From assembly GCF_009914755.1 (NCBI RefSeq), contig NC_060934.1: 64,000 nt of DNA, one strand, 5' to 3'. This document shows, in pieces, positions 15,509 through 33,949 of this stretch (the first letter of the stretch is position 1; every line of letters starts with the position of its first letter). The notes beneath the pieces are model-generated. The model worked only from the letters and a program-made list of their open reading frames with translations, was not told where the DNA came from and did no database searches. A program made the position numbers and the translations under genes. The DNA is from the human T2T-CHM13v2.0 reference genome, Homo sapiens.

Positions 15509-16122
15509 GGATCTAGAACCAGAAATACCTTTTGACCCAGCAATCCCATTACAGGGTGTATTTCCAAAGGATTATAAATCATTCTGCTATAAAGACACAT
15601 GAACACGTATGTTTATTGCAGCACTATTTACAATAGCAAAGACTTGGAACCAACCCAAATGCCCACAAATGATAGACTGGATAAAGAAAATGTGGCACAT
15701 TACACCATGGAATACGATGCAGCCATAAAAAAGAATGAATTCATGTCCTTTGCAGGGGCATGGATGAAGCTGGAAGCCATCATTCTCAGCAAACTAACAC
15801 AGAAACAGAAAAACAAACACCACATTTTCTCACTCATAAGTGAGAGTTGAAAAATGAGAATACATGGACATTGGGAGGGGAACATCACACACCCACACAC
15901 CCGGGCCTGTCGGGGGTGGTGGGGGGCAAGGGGAGGGAAAGCATTAGGACAAATACCTAATGCATGTGGGGCTTAAAACCTAGATGACAGGTTCATAGGT
16001 GCAGCAAACCACCATGGCACAAGGTGCTATGTGACAAAGTGCACATTCTGCACATGTATCCCAGAACTTTAAAGTAAAATAAAAGTAAAAAGATAAAAAA
16101 TAAAATAAATAAATAAAAAAAA
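15509..16122 (+). mobile_element. L1PA 3' end
   Basis: ORF2 terminus, 3' UTR and A-rich tail. Confidence 0.9.
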
Positions 16123-16602
16123 CCTAGATCTACAGTCAGGGCATTTCCACCCCGGAACAATCTCTGTTGCACTAGCAAGGTCACATGACATGGATCCCTA
16201 TTAGTATCTTTTTATGAAGGGATTTGTCTTTGGCATATTAACATTATTCTAATTCAGCCATTCACTAATTGATAGACAGCTTAATCATTTTCAGTTTTCT
16301 TGCCATGACAAGCAAAGCTGTAATAAATATCCTGGAACATATGGTTTTTCATAACACTGCTGTTATTTTCACAGGAAAGATTTCTAAACTAAAATTCCTG
16401 TGCCAAAGAGAATAGATTTTTTTTTATTTCATAGAGATGTTCAGATTACATTCAGCAAGGATGCAGCAATTCACTGCTGTCAGAAGCCAGGTAAGAGAGC
16501 ACCTGCCTCCCCGTACTCCTGACAGCACAAAATGGGATCTCTCCCCACTTCATTTCTTTTTTGTTTTTTCGTCTGTCAATTTGATGATGAAAAATGTATT
16601 TT

Positions 16603-17267
16603 CTAGAGAAATAGGAATGCTTTTATATTTTTGGTGGGAATGTAAATTAGTTCAACCATTGTGGAAGACAGTGTGGTGATTCCTGAAGGATCTAGAAACA
16701 GACCATTTGACCCAGCAATCCCATTACTGAGTATATACCCAAAGGAATATAAATCATTCTACTATAAAGACACATGCACGCATATGTTTATTGCAGCACT
16801 ATTTACATTAGCAGAGACATGGAATCAACCCAAATGCCCATCAATGATAGACTAAATAAAGAAAATGTGGCACATTTACACCATGGAATACTATGCAGCC
16901 ATAAAAAGGAATGAGACCATGTCCTTTGCAGGGACATGGATGAAGGTGGAAGCCATCATCCCCAGCAAACTAAAACAGGAACAGAAAACCAAACACTGCA
17001 TGTTCTCACTCATAAGTGGGAGTTGAAAAATTAGAACACATGGACACAGGGAGGGGAACAACACACACCAGCACCAGTCAAGGGGTGGGGGGCGAGGGGA
17101 GGGAGAGAAATAGGACAAATAGCTCAAGCATGTGGGGCTTAACACTTAGATGACAGGTTGATAGGTGCAGCAAACCACCATGGCACACGTATACCTATGT
17201 AACAAGCCTGCATGTTCTGCACTTGTATCCCAGAACTTAAAGTAAAAAAAAAAAAAAAAAAAAAAAA
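16603..17267 (+). mobile_element. L1PA 3' end inserted in an older antisense L1M
   Basis: ORF2 terminus, 3' UTR and poly(A). Confidence 0.9.
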
Positions 17268-17269
17268 TT

Positions 17270-19700
17270 ATTCTCCTGGTTTAATTTTACTTACTTGACT
17301 TCTAGAAAGTTTGAGTGTCTTTTTATATGTTTATTGGATATTTACATTGTATCTTCTATGAATCACTTTTGCCCTTTTTCTTATGTGTTTTCTCTTACTG
17401 ATTTAGAGAAATTATTTCTATTGTGAATATTAATAGTTTTGTCTGTCATATCTGTTGAAAATATATTTCCCATTTCTTAGTATTTTTATTTACTGTTTGT
17501 TCATGTGTTTGCCATGAATTTTTAAAAGTATTTATGTAACAAAACAAATATATCTTTCTGATTACTGAGTTTACTGGTTTGTTTGGGAGCATTTCACCAT
17601 TGAAAATTTGCTCTCCAAATTTTTATTCTAATCATTTGTTGTTTTCTGATATTAAATATTTGTTATTTTTGTATATAGTATGAGAAAGGGCTCTAGCTTT
17701 GAGTTTCTTATCATTTATCTCCCCAGATATATATATAATGTTATATTAATTTGATATATATTTAAATATATACATCTACCTATATTCATCTATCATCTAT
17801 CTATCTATCTATTTATCTAATGTATAGATAGAGTGAAAATGCCTTCTATCTTAAGTCTGTTTTCTATTGCTGTAACAGAAGACCATAGACTGATTTTCTA
17901 GGAAAATTTATTTCATCATGTTTCTGGAGACTGGGAAGTTTAAGAGCATGGCTCAGATACCTGGTGAGGACTTTCCTGCTGCATCATAGCAGAGCAGAGA
18001 GTGTCACATGGCAAGAGGGCAGAAGCAAGAGAGTCAGAGAGTGCTCGCTTTCATACGAAAGCCACTCCTGCAATAATGAACCCACTACTGTGACAGCAGC
18101 ATTAATCTCTACATGAGGGCAGGGGGATTAAGTTTCCAACACAGGAATCTTTGGGAGACACATTCAAACTATAACACCATTTTTGCCATGGGTTAAAGTA
18201 TCATATATATTTAGATCTGTTTCTGGATTCTTTAGACTCTTCCACTAACCACTTTATTTCTGTCACCAATTAAAATCTTAGGCAAGCTTTAATAACTGAT
18301 AAGCCAGGTTTTTACTTACTAGTATTTTTCCTTTTTTCATTATGTTCTTAGATTATTTTGGATATCTATGCTTCAGTACTAATTTTGTAATTATTTTTAT
18401 CCAGTTTATTACCAAAAAGTTACATTCTAATTGGAATTTTAGTAATTTTGAAGTATTGACCTATTTATGATACCATGTCTTCCCATCTAGCCCGTTTCAC
18501 TTGTTCCTTATTATTTATCAAGAAGGTATTATAGTTTTTTTTAAATAAAGGTCCTGTGCCTTTTTTGTTAACTTTTTGGATACAATTATGAAAAAAAAAA
18601 TGTATTCTATTTTCAAGTCTATTTGTAGCTGTTTATTACCAGAAGGAAAAAACTACCGGGCTTTGAATAGTTACCTTACATCCAGCTACCTCACCAAATA
18701 ATGTTATTAATTCTAGATGTTTCTTAAGTTTACTGCTTATACTATTTGCATGTATAATTTTGCCTCTTTCACATTCATACTAACTATTGAGTTACTGTTT
18801 TTGTGTATTTTATATTTATTATTATATTAACTATAATGATTACTGTGTTATAACTTCAAGAACAATATTGACTAGTTGCACTAGGAGTGGGCATATCTGT
18901 CTTATTCTTAAATTTAAAATGGCTGCAGCATTACACAATTTAGTATCATTTGTCAATTGGGTTTTGTGATTTTATTTTATTATGTTTAAGCAATGTATTT
19001 CCATTCCTACATTACTAAAAATTTATAAAATTTATGCTAGGAATGACAGCTGTGTTTTATTAAATGAATTTATGAGATTTGGAGCTAAAAACACGTACTT
19101 GTCTTTTCCTGCATTGATATACGGAATTATGTTACTAGGTCTTCTAACACTAAACCATCCATGCATTGCTGGGATGAATTCTTCTGAGCATGATACAGTC
19201 TTCTTTCAATATACAGCTAGATTTGATTTTCAATATTTTATTATTTTATATCTAGACAAAATAGAAATTCATTTGTACTTCTTGTATCTTTTATACTATC
19301 TTTTCAGAGTTTGATATTGAAATTATTCTAAGGTGAACTGCATTAGAGACATCTCCATGATTTCTATGGATTAGGGTGGATTAACATAGGAATAGCCTAT
19401 TTTTTAGAAGTTTGAGTTAATTCAGTTATAACAGCATCTGAGTCTGAACCTTTTTGTTAAATATAGAAGTCAGCATTTCCAGTATCATCCATGGCAAATA
19501 ACCTTTTAATGTTTTCTGCACCCTCATGGAGTAATTTTAAGAGTTAATATATTGGTAATCCATTTTCTTTCAATTTCCAGAAGTATTTTATGGAATTATT
19601 TATTATATTCTTATGTACTTACTTAATTTCTTCCAAATCTCATTTCAAATATTATTCTCTTTTGTCTCTTTTTTTCCTTAATCAGGATTGTCAAGGTTTT
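17270..19700 (-). mobile_element. Degenerate old L1M fragments
   Basis: T-rich sequence with antisense ORF2-like motifs (e.g. GGAGTGGGCATATCTGTCTTATTCT; AACCATCCATGCATTGCTGGGATGAA). Confidence 0.6.
17847..18176 (-). mobile_element. MST/MLT1A-type MaLR LTR
   Basis: TCTTAAGTCTGTTTTCTATTGCTGTAACAGAA...ACATTCAAACTATAACA. Confidence 0.7.
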
Positions 19701-21294
19701 ATTTTTATTTGTTTGAGGGTTTTGGTTGCTTTTTAAAAAAGTAAAAGCCTGTTGTCCCAGCTACTTGGGAGTCTGAGGCAGGAGGATCACTTGAGCCCGG
19801 GAGTTAGAGCCTGTAGTGTGTTATAATCACATCTGTGAGTAGCCACTCCATTCCAGCCTATGCAACATAGCAAGACTCTGTCTCTAAAAAGAATAAATTA
19901 TTAACTGAAAGTAAATTAAGAAACAAGTATTTGTTGTAATTTACATTTTCTGAAAAATATTTATTTTTATTAATTTCAACTATCCCTTTCCATCATCCTA
20001 CTTTCTTTTCATTCATTTTCCTGATGTTTTAAAATTTCTTAATGTTGGGCTATTGCGCCAGCTGAATATGTGGAAGGCAGGAGCCTGGAGGCCAAGCTTA
20101 GCTGCCTTCCATGCTCCCTTTACATCTTCCCTCTGTGTGCCTGTCCACAGTGAGTCACGCATGAGAAGACAGACTGAAGAGAGCAGAGGGCCCAGGCCTG
20201 GAGGAATAGAGTCTAAAGGGATCCCATGATCAGTTAGTCATCATCAAAGGTCCTTGCAAGTCAAACATTCTAATTGATGTTTTTAGTAATGGCTCACTAG
20301 CAACCCTTCCCTTGACAACTAGTAGAAAGCAAACAAAATATTTTTGAAACCTCTTACAGACATAGAAGGCACAGAGAAGGTACAAAAGTAACAAGCACTT
20401 GAGAATGCAAGATTGCAGAAAGAAGGGATGTATAGAATTCCATATTCAAGCAATTATTCCTCTTGAGGGATTTGCTGATTAACAAACTGCAATTAGGTCA
20501 GAAACTGAGGAACTGACACTCTTACTGAGATGGGAGACCAAATTAAAGTGAGAACCCAGCAAACAAGAGAGATTTAAAGGGATATTTCAGCTTTTTCAGT
20601 GGGACCCCCCCAAGATTCCTAAAGGACTGCATCCGGGAGTGGGTTAGAAATAAATCAGAACTCAAAGGACTATGACATCATCTAAAGGCTCTAATGATAT
20701 CTACAGCTGTTTTTTTTTTTTTTTGCAATGCCCACCATTCAATCAATTACCTCTCATACCATAAATAAGACCACATGCCCCCCAAAATTATGAGCATTAA
20801 ACAGACCCACAGGAAATTACAGATATCGGGGGCATCAGACACAGGTTTTAAAATAATTATGATTAATATGTTCAAGAAATGAGATGGCATGATGAAGAAA
20901 CTCAGTAGAGAACTGGAAACTGATCTTTAAAAAAGACAAGAGAAAGGAGGGGAAAATATAAAAGTCAATCTTAACAGTTTTTGCAGTATCTCTTATCTGC
21001 AGACCACGGGATTTATATTATTGCACTCTTGGTGCAACTTATAGTATGTATGTAATAGCTTTTATGAATTGTTTGAGTTATGAATTTCTATACCCTCTAT
21101 TAAAATGGACCTAAGTTTTTAAATGAATTATAGAACTGGAATTATGAACAAAATCAATTGGGTTTAACAGTAGATTACAGAGCTGAAAGGATGAGTGAAG
21201 AGGTAGATCAGAAGATCAAAGCATAGGAAGGTAAAAAAGAATTTAAAACTATAGAAAAGAGCCAGAGACACATTTGACACAGTAAAAACTTTTA

Positions 21295-21714
<420 letters not shown>

Positions 21715-22422
21715 TCAGAATTCGTTCTGAAATTGACAAAAGACATGAAACCACAGATTCACTTCCTCACTCATCTTTCACTGGGGGCATTAGCTCACCC
21801 AACATCCTCTTTCCCATTCTCAGGTGGGCTTGCCCTGAGGTCAGCTGTGTTCTGCCCTTTCCTCTCCACCCTGAGGAAACAGGTCTGCCTTTGTAATGAT
21901 CAAGCTCCATGGTCCTCAGCCTCGGAGGTTCTCAATACTTGCTGAGAATCATCTGGGGTGCTTTCCAAAAATACAGATCCCCAAACTCCTTCTCCACCCC
22001 TGAGATTATGATTCAGCTGGTCGGGAGGTGGGGCTCTGAGTATCTGGTATTTTTTGAAGATCCCAAGATCATTCTAATGTGTAGCCAGCAGCTGCTCAGC
22101 CTGGTACCAGGTGAGTCCAACTCCGTAGGAAACATTAGAAAGATGTTTTTTCTCCAAGTCAAACTGAATTCTACAATTCAAATTTGCTAATTACAGAGCT
22201 GCTGTTTTTATCTCCATCTGTCTGATTCCTACTATTCTTAATTCAGCTTAGAATTCAAGATAGAAAGAAAGGGGTATTATTTATTAGCAGTGAAAAACTC
22301 AACAATTCACTGGTTAAAGATCCTAATCATAATTCGTTTAATATGAAGAATTAATTCAATCTGACATTTTAGCCCTTAGTCTGTGTCAGTGCACATCTAT
22401 TTTGATTAAAATTGTAATTCGT

Positions 22423-22740
22423 GGCTAGGCACGGTGGCTCACACCTGTAATCCCAGCACTTTGGGAGGCCAAGGCAGGCAGATTGCTTGAGGTCAGGTGT
22501 TCAAGACCAGCCTAGTCAACATAGTGAAACCTCATCTGTACTAAAAAAGATACCAAAAATTAGCCAAGGGTGGTAGTTGGCCCCTGTAATCCCAGCTACT
22601 CAAGAGGCCAACGCAGGAGAATTGCTTGAACCCAGGAGATAGAGGTTGCAGTGAGCTGAGATCACACCACTGCACTCCAGCCTGGGCGACAGAGCAAGAC
22701 TCCATCCCCCAAAAAATACAATAAAATAAATACAAGTAAA
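22423..22740 (+). mobile_element. AluSx
   Basis: Alu consensus match. Confidence 0.88.
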
Positions 22741-23199
22741 AAAAATGTAATTTGTATTTGTCAAGAATGTGTAAAAATTATGAGGCCTCTTTGAAAATGG
22801 TACATAAAAAGACCAAGGCTGTCCCCATGGTGGTCCCTATGAACTTTGTGTTCCTCTCTATTGAGTTTTACCTGCTTTTCCTGAAAAAGAAGTCAACTAC
22901 AGTAGGTTAGTGGCTCTAATTGGCTGTAAAAGTGTGTGAAAGATTTCAGGGGTAACCCTAGGAGACAGAAGCAAGAAGCACCACTGTATAACCACTCGAC
23001 TGGGACCTACTGCTATCACCTCCACAAAATGATAAATGTGTAATGAGGATGAATGCCTCAGAATACAGACAGATGAGCTAAACAGCAAACAAGGGCAGTG
23101 AAGAATGACTGATAACTGAAGTGGCCCCTGGGTAAGGAGACAGGGAGACTCACTTGGCCCTGGCCCAGGCATCACTAGAAAGACAAAGTAAAAGCGATA

Positions 23200-23997
<798 letters not shown>

Positions 23998-24476
23998 TAG
24001 ATGGAAATTATGTATTGTCTCTACTAAAGTTTAAATTAAAACCCTACTAAACATTTTTTAAACTGTAAATTTCTTTCTTAGCAGTCAGTGAAAGTAAACT
24101 CACTCAAAGCTATACCACAGGGGACTCTGTAGTGGCCATACATGCTTGTTATCACCAGGATGTCACTGCAGAAGGAGCTGCTGAAACTCCACTCTTTGTG
24201 GCTCCCCATTAGCTCTCATCTCTGGATTGTTGTGACCACTGAGCAAGAGCAACCAGGATTCCCAGGAGAAAGTGAAAGATTGGCATAAAGGAAGTGTTAC
24301 AGAATTAAGGATTGAAAATATCGTTTTGTAAATAAAAGGATCTTCCCTCTGGAAAGAGTAGACTGTATTTTGGGGTGTCATTATTTAGCAAGTATTTGGG
24401 TACCTAATAAGTGTTTTATATAGATGTGTTATCTCAGCTAATCTTTGTAGTTACCATATACTAAAAGTGTAAATAG

Positions 24477-24780
<304 letters not shown>

Positions 24781-27052
24781 TGTGCAAATAACAATGTAAC
24801 ACTCTAATGTAGGTTATACCTTATTCTATTTAGTGACTTTCCTTTCAGTTTACGTGATAAATTACTTCAACTGAATGTTACAGTAACACATGTTGTTGAG
24901 TTCTGCTTAGATAGAAAGCATCACATACCAAGAGGCTATAATATCACATTTATTTCATCATTTACCCACATTTGACAAGAATGGCTCTTTAAAGATAATG
25001 ACTTTTTAGCTACAAACTAGAATCATTAAGTTCACTTGCCAAAGAAGAGAGAACATTTACTTTCAAGATGTCAGTCAAGATCCTTTAGCACAGATCTAAA
25101 CATATAGATGCAATGAATAACAAGCCAAGTACATGAGACTCGCAGCTTCACTGTGCAAAGACTCTGTTAACTTGCATATATAGGAGCTGCTTTTCCTTGC
25201 TTCATGGTTGCTTCCAGTACAATTCAAAAGAAACATACTCTGCCACCCAAACACCTTGACAAGTGACATAGATCTTTCCTGAAGATTTCTTGTGGACATC
25301 CAGGGAAAGATAACACAGCAGGGCTGTCCCAGTAAATCTGGGGACCCAAGATCTTAGCTTGTAAGATTCAAAAGTCAAGATCCAGGTGTCAGATACAAGT
25401 TATCTGCAAGTATATATAATCAAGATTAGAAAATTCTTGTCCCTTAAGCTTAAAAAATGAAGTTCCCTGGGTATATTAGATAGCAGTCGTGTTTGTGTGT
25501 AACAGAGATCTTAAAATTAGAGATTTAATCACACAAGGGTTGATTCCCTCACATACAAACAATCTACAAGTAGCTAGTCCAGGGCTAATGAGGCTATTCC
25601 ACAGAGCCTTCAAATGCCCAGGCATCTTCCACTTTGCTGCTCTGATGTCCAAAGCTTCTAAATTCAAGGTCATCTCATGGTCCAAGAGGGCAATAATTGG
25701 GCTTGCATTCCAACCAGCGGGAAAGAGGCTATGAAAAAAGGCACACTTCAAGGGCACTTCCTGAAAGTTCCAAATAATACTTTCACTTATCTCTCTTTGG
25801 GCCAAAATTTATTGACATGGTTGCAAGTAGCTACAAGGGAGGCTGGGATACAGACCTGCTAGCTGGACACATTATCCAAGATTCTGTGTTAAGGAAGAAG
25901 ACAATGGATTTGAAATATATGCAATTGAGCAGAATTCATTTTTCCCACCTATACGTTCAGCCTCCAATCAAAGCTTGGGATGGGAGGAGAGCCTTTGAGA
26001 GAAGAGGAGCAGAAAGGGAAGTTGGCATGGATTTCCCAGCCTTTTGGCCAAGTCTGCAGGGATCAGAGTTCTGAGTCAGGTAGACTCATACCCTGATGCT
26101 CATCTGGATGCCCTTGGAGGATGCCAGTGTCCCCCACACCCTCACAGCTGGTAAATATAGTTGCATGGCAAACTGAAGCCAGTGGGCTGGAAAATGCCAT
26201 TCACAGTCCCCAAGCCCCAACATGACGTGGAAAGCCCCAGCATGACGTGTTTCTCCTGTGTGTCTAGAATAATGAAGAAAAGACACTGAGAGCTGAAATC
26301 AAGGCACTTAGAGGTGCTAAGACCAAGGAGGTTTGCTGGGATTAACTTCATAAGATTCAAATGAAAGAGAATTATATCACCATGAAAGATAGTCTGAAAA
26401 AATTTGATTAAGATCCCTTTTGAAAGTATAACAGAAATAACTTAGAATCAGTTGGGGTTTTAAAAAAATGAAAGCTGAAATGATGGAGAACTGTTGACAG
26501 AAACGAGGATTTTACTAAATATAATCTCATTGACTAATTGTAAATGTGGCTCCAGGAGAGAACAACAATATGGTTTCATTGAGAACAAATTACAATTAAA
26601 AAGTGGAGAAATATTTCTATATGGGTCTAGCTAAAAAGTTAAATTTTTAGTAATGAATTATTTTATACTTTTACCTGAAGTTGTAGGATATAAAACTGAA
26701 TAAAGCAAACCAAATTAGAAGTAGCTGAGGTAGCTTTTGTAGGATCTGCTTGGTCATTCAATTACACCAACACCTTCTAATATCATTTATGGTTAACATT
26801 GAAAATATCTACTACCACATATTTTTCTGTGCTTGAAATTCATTTTTTCATATGGAGTTTTCCACTTTGACCAGATTCCTTCTTTAATCTTGGCAAAGAT
26901 GGGAGGGAATGAAGAAGGAGAGGGTGGGAGGAAGGAGAGAAGGTAGGGAGAGAGGAGAGGAAGGCAGAGAAATAGACTAAAGGTTAGAGGGTAGAAGGGA
27001 ATTCTAGACTAACGTAAACAAGAGAAAAGTTTCTCATTTAAAGTGTATGTCT

Positions 27053-27810
<758 letters not shown>

Positions 27811-30800
27811 GAAATGTATTTATTTGCTATGTTCATTGGAAGAATATTGCATAGTGTCTGAAGATTGCTGCATGAGCAGAAATAGAGTGCAGAGTCTTTG
27901 AGGTCCCCAGAATGGGACAATGACATGCTCATCGAGGTCTTCTCTAAGCATGTTGGCCTCACTGCCTGGTCCTGGGCACAATTCACAAGTGAAGGCACCA
28001 CTAGAGTGTGAAGGTCACATTGGCCTGAAGTTACTCACATCTGTTCCTGTTTACAGCTGTCAAAGCCATCTTGAATATGTTGCCATCTGCACACCAACCT
28101 TGTGATGAGGGCAGGAAGGCATTATGATTGGTGTCATTTTACAGTCCAGGTGCTGGTAAGACCATAAAGTGATCTTCTGACCTCTTTCTTCTCATGTTTC
28201 ACAGTCTGATCTGGGTGTTTAAACTGACTACTTCACACTACCTCTCTTAGAAAAGGAAGAACCAATTTAGAACAATGTGCTTGGAGAAATGAAGACTCCC
28301 TACGTTCCCTCCGCTCTCTACCTCCCACACACCCACTAACCCCTACTACAGCTATGCCCCGGTGTCTTCAGGGAGCTCACCCAACAGGAGCAAGAGGACT
28401 TCTTTAAGCTGAGACTGCAAAGGTCAGAGACACCACTCAGCAAAGAGCCAGGAGGTGTGCATTCTAAGCAGCAAAGAGGTTCTCAATATTCAGGAAAAGA
28501 CCAGATGTGGGGGCTCATGCCTGTAATCGAAGCACTCTGGGAGGCCAAGGCGGGAGGATCCCTTGAGGTCAGGAGTTTGAGGCTGCAGTGAGCTACAATG
28601 GCACCCCTGCACTCCAGCGTGGGTAACAGAGCAAGACTTGTCATTACATAAATAAATACTCAGGAAGAGAGAAGAAAATGCCAGTATGGCTTGAATTTGG
28701 TTTGCTATGGGGAGAGAGAGCAACGAGATGAGGTTGGAGAGGTGGGGTTGGCGTCAGATCTTGTAAGTCTGGCAAGGAGTCCAAGTTTTATTCCAAGTAC
28801 AAGAGCAAGTTTAAATTTAATGTAAGCAAGGAATGACAAATCTGACTTGTTTAGGGAGGCAGGACATACAGTGGTTAATAGTCCAAGCTCCAGAATCAGA
28901 CGACCTAGATTTAAATATCATTTCTACCATTTATTACATGGGTGAGTGTAGGCATATTATTTAAAATCCACATGTCATGTTTCTCATTTATAAAAGAAAG
29001 ATAGCAGCAATAATAGCCCAGCATAGGACTGTTTTAAAATGATTTATTTGCCAAGCGTGGTGACTTAATCCTCTCATCGCAGCACTTTGGGAGGCTGAGG
29101 TGGGAAGATGGCTTGAGCCCAGGAGTTTGAGATCTGCCTGGGCAACATAGGGGACCTTGTCTCTACAAAAGCATTGGTAAATGTTACTTGTCTATATTTT
29201 TAAAAACTAATGCATCCTACTGTGTGGAAAATGGATTGAGAGTGAGAGGGTAAGGAAAAAGACCAGCTGAGAAGTTATTGAAGTGGCCCGAGGAATAGTT
29301 CATGGGGCTTGGTCTAAGTAAGTGAGGATAGAGACAAAGAAAAGGATATATAATAAAGACATGCTAATTCATTAGATGAGGAAGAATAAATAACCAATGA
29401 TGGTTCATGGGTTTTGGACTGAAGAGATGCCTTTTACTGAGATGAGAAAAACTAGGGGTAGAATTGGCTTAAGAAAAAAATCAAAAGTTCAGTTTTATCC
29501 ATGTCATACCTCTTAAATACTCAAGTGGAAAGGTCAAGAAGGCAATTAGATAAAACCAAGTAAATGTAACTGTAGCTGGCTAGACTTCTTGTAGCAGAGA
29601 ACAGGACTAGGCTCACCATGTGAAACTGGGTGAAGATAGAAAGTGTCAGGAAAAATTACAAAAGACTTCGAAATGGATAAAAAAGATTAGTGGGTGTCCT
29701 GTCTAGCTTTACCATCCTGGTTATCTCCAGAGGCTTTGCAACTCTCAAAGACAGTAAATTCTGAAAAACCGGTAATAGTGCCAATGATTCTTGCTCACAA
29801 AAGTGCAATTGACTTGTGTCTGGTGAAATGTAATGGATTATGGTATTGGAGATAGACCAGTTTTTTAAATCTGTTTGTAAATTCATTTCAACATTTCTTT
29901 ATGCATATAAACATGTGCTTCTTTGAAACAACTGTAACATCTTACCGGTTCCCTCATTAGTTAATGAATTAAATAAAATATTTGACAAGCATGGATTTTA
30001 TATTTGTATGAGAATTGTAGTTGATCATTTTAAAAATTTATCTGTTAACAAGGACATTTTCCAATGAAAAGAAGATGAAGGGGAAAAAAGTGCTTCAACC
30101 AAACACTACTTAGAGCTGTGGACTGTACGTAACTTAATAACCCAAGGAGGAAGAAGCCATCAAAAATATCATAGAGCCTGGACCTATAACTAGTTAGCCT
30201 CTGGCTTTGAACCTAGACCTCTTCATGGAAGGGGTTGTGAATAGCATCTCTCTTCCCCACCTGAGTTCTGAATATATTGAACAAAAGACAAGTGAATGAT
30301 TATTGGAAGCCAAAATATCACCTTCTTAATCATAAAAGCTAGACTAGAGACAGGGTGTGTAGCTCTGTATGAGAGCCAGCTGGGCTTTCTATCACTGAAC
30401 TCTAGAATTAGACCAACTCACCCAAGCCACAGCAGTGCTAAACCAGGAAAATCCGCTCAACAAATGATGCTTGGACAACAGAATAAATGCATGAAAATAG
30501 ATTGAATCTCAACCCCTACCTCACACAACTCATAAAAATTAATTCAGGATTGATCTTAGGCATAAATTTAAACTATACCTAAAACTATAAAACTTCTAGA
30601 AGAAAGCAAAAGAAAATCTTTGTGATCCTGGAGCCAGCAAAGATTTTATAGGTAGGACACACACAAAAAACAATCATAAAAGAAACAAATGGATAAATTA
30701 AACTTCATCAAAATTAAAAACATGATCAAAGGGGAAAAACCTTCAGTAAATTGTACACTTAAAAAAGATGCATTTCTCAGTATGTAAATAAAGAAACTAA

Positions 30801-30986
30801 AAATTTTCTATTAAGAAAAATGTTTATTGTAAAAATGAAAAACATCATAATTCACAAAGTTAATGTTCACAGAAGGAAAATAAATAATAATCAACAATAT
30901 TTGCTGTTATTTGCAGAGCCACACTATTATGTCATAAATTTACAATACAAATCTGCTAATATCTTCTTCTACAAGCCTCTCATTAA

Positions 30987-31320
<334 letters not shown>

Positions 31321-31418
31321 TAGAGATTTATTTTAAAATGCAGGAATTTTCTCAAACTAGTTTTCTTTCATTTCTAAGAAAGATAAGAAAAATAGTTTAA
31401 GGTAATGAAAAATCATAA

Positions 31419-32691
<1,273 letters not shown>

Positions 32692-33587
32692 AAACACTTT
32701 TATTGAAGAAGACCTGCCAATAACGTGAAGTGCCTTAGGGAACTAGTTTATATTTACCTTATATTCAACTGGACAGTGTTTGTGGCCAACATTTAAAAAT
32801 GACTCTGTGCCCATTAAAAGCTATCAAATATTAATCTGTGGTTCTAAATTAGTGAACAGACCTAATACTCAGGAGGCTGAGGCAGGAGGATTGTTTGAGT
32901 CCAGGCATTCAAGAACAGCTCAGGCAGCTTAGTGAGACCCCCATCTCAATTAAAAAATAAACAAATAAGTAAATAAAAATCAAATATGAAACAGGGTTAA
33001 GATTGCAGCATTGCAATACATTCTCATGCACATTTCTTTCTTACTTTAATCAAACTATTACAATCTTGACATACACACATACAGAAAATTATTTAAATTG
33101 GAACTGGTAGAAACTCTCCTATTCCTGATGGAGTTTCACCAGATAGTCTGAGGAGTTTGTATGTTTTGGCCTCTGTTACCAGAAGTCATAGAGTTCTAGC
33201 AAAGAAGACAATAAAGGTACTTTAAGTTGGATGAAAAAGCCCTCTAATAAAACTTGTGTTCTAAACTTTTAAAACATGTAACATTAGCATTTCTTAAATC
33301 TTCTGCTTTTTCATTGTGTTCAGTTCTGATACAGAAACCTCTTTGCTGTAGTAAAGCATGTATGATTACTTCAACACCCTCCTACAATATATATAGGGCA
33401 GTAAGACTCCACAGTATCCTATAGCTTTTTGTAGCCTACGGTATTGGACTGAACTTCCAGGAAACTCATAGTATTTGATTTCACATTTCTTCCAACACAA
33501 TTTTGACTTTTCACTCTTTTTCTCTCTCTTTGATATATATTTCAGGTCAAGGCTTTCAACAACAAAATGTCAAGTTATGAAAAATCT

Positions 33588-33890
33588 AGGACAATGCAGT
33601 GGCTCACAGCTATAATCCCAACACTTTGGGAGGCTGAGGTGGGCAGGTCACTTGAGGCCAGGAGTTTGGGACCAGCCTGGGCAATATAACAAGTCCCCAT
33701 TTCTACAAAACAATAAAAAATTAACCAGGCATGGTGGTATACACCTGTAATCCCAGGTACTTGCAAGGCTGAGGCAGGAGAAGCACTTGAGCCCAGGAGG
33801 TAGAGGATTTAAGTGAGTTACGTTTGCACCACTGCACTCCAGCCTGGGCAACAGAGCAAGACCCTGTCTCAAAAATTAAATTAAATTAAT
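33588..33890 (+). mobile_element. AluJ
   Basis: Alu consensus match. Confidence 0.85.
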
Positions 33891-33949
33891 CTATATCATA
33901 GATTCTTCCCTATTTATCAATATGTGTGAAAAATATTAATATTAAAGTT

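Noticed and set aside
29655-30030. AT-rich segment reminiscent of an old DNA-transposon fragment
   Set aside because: I could not identify terminal repeats, a TSD or a family by eye; needs a Dfam search.
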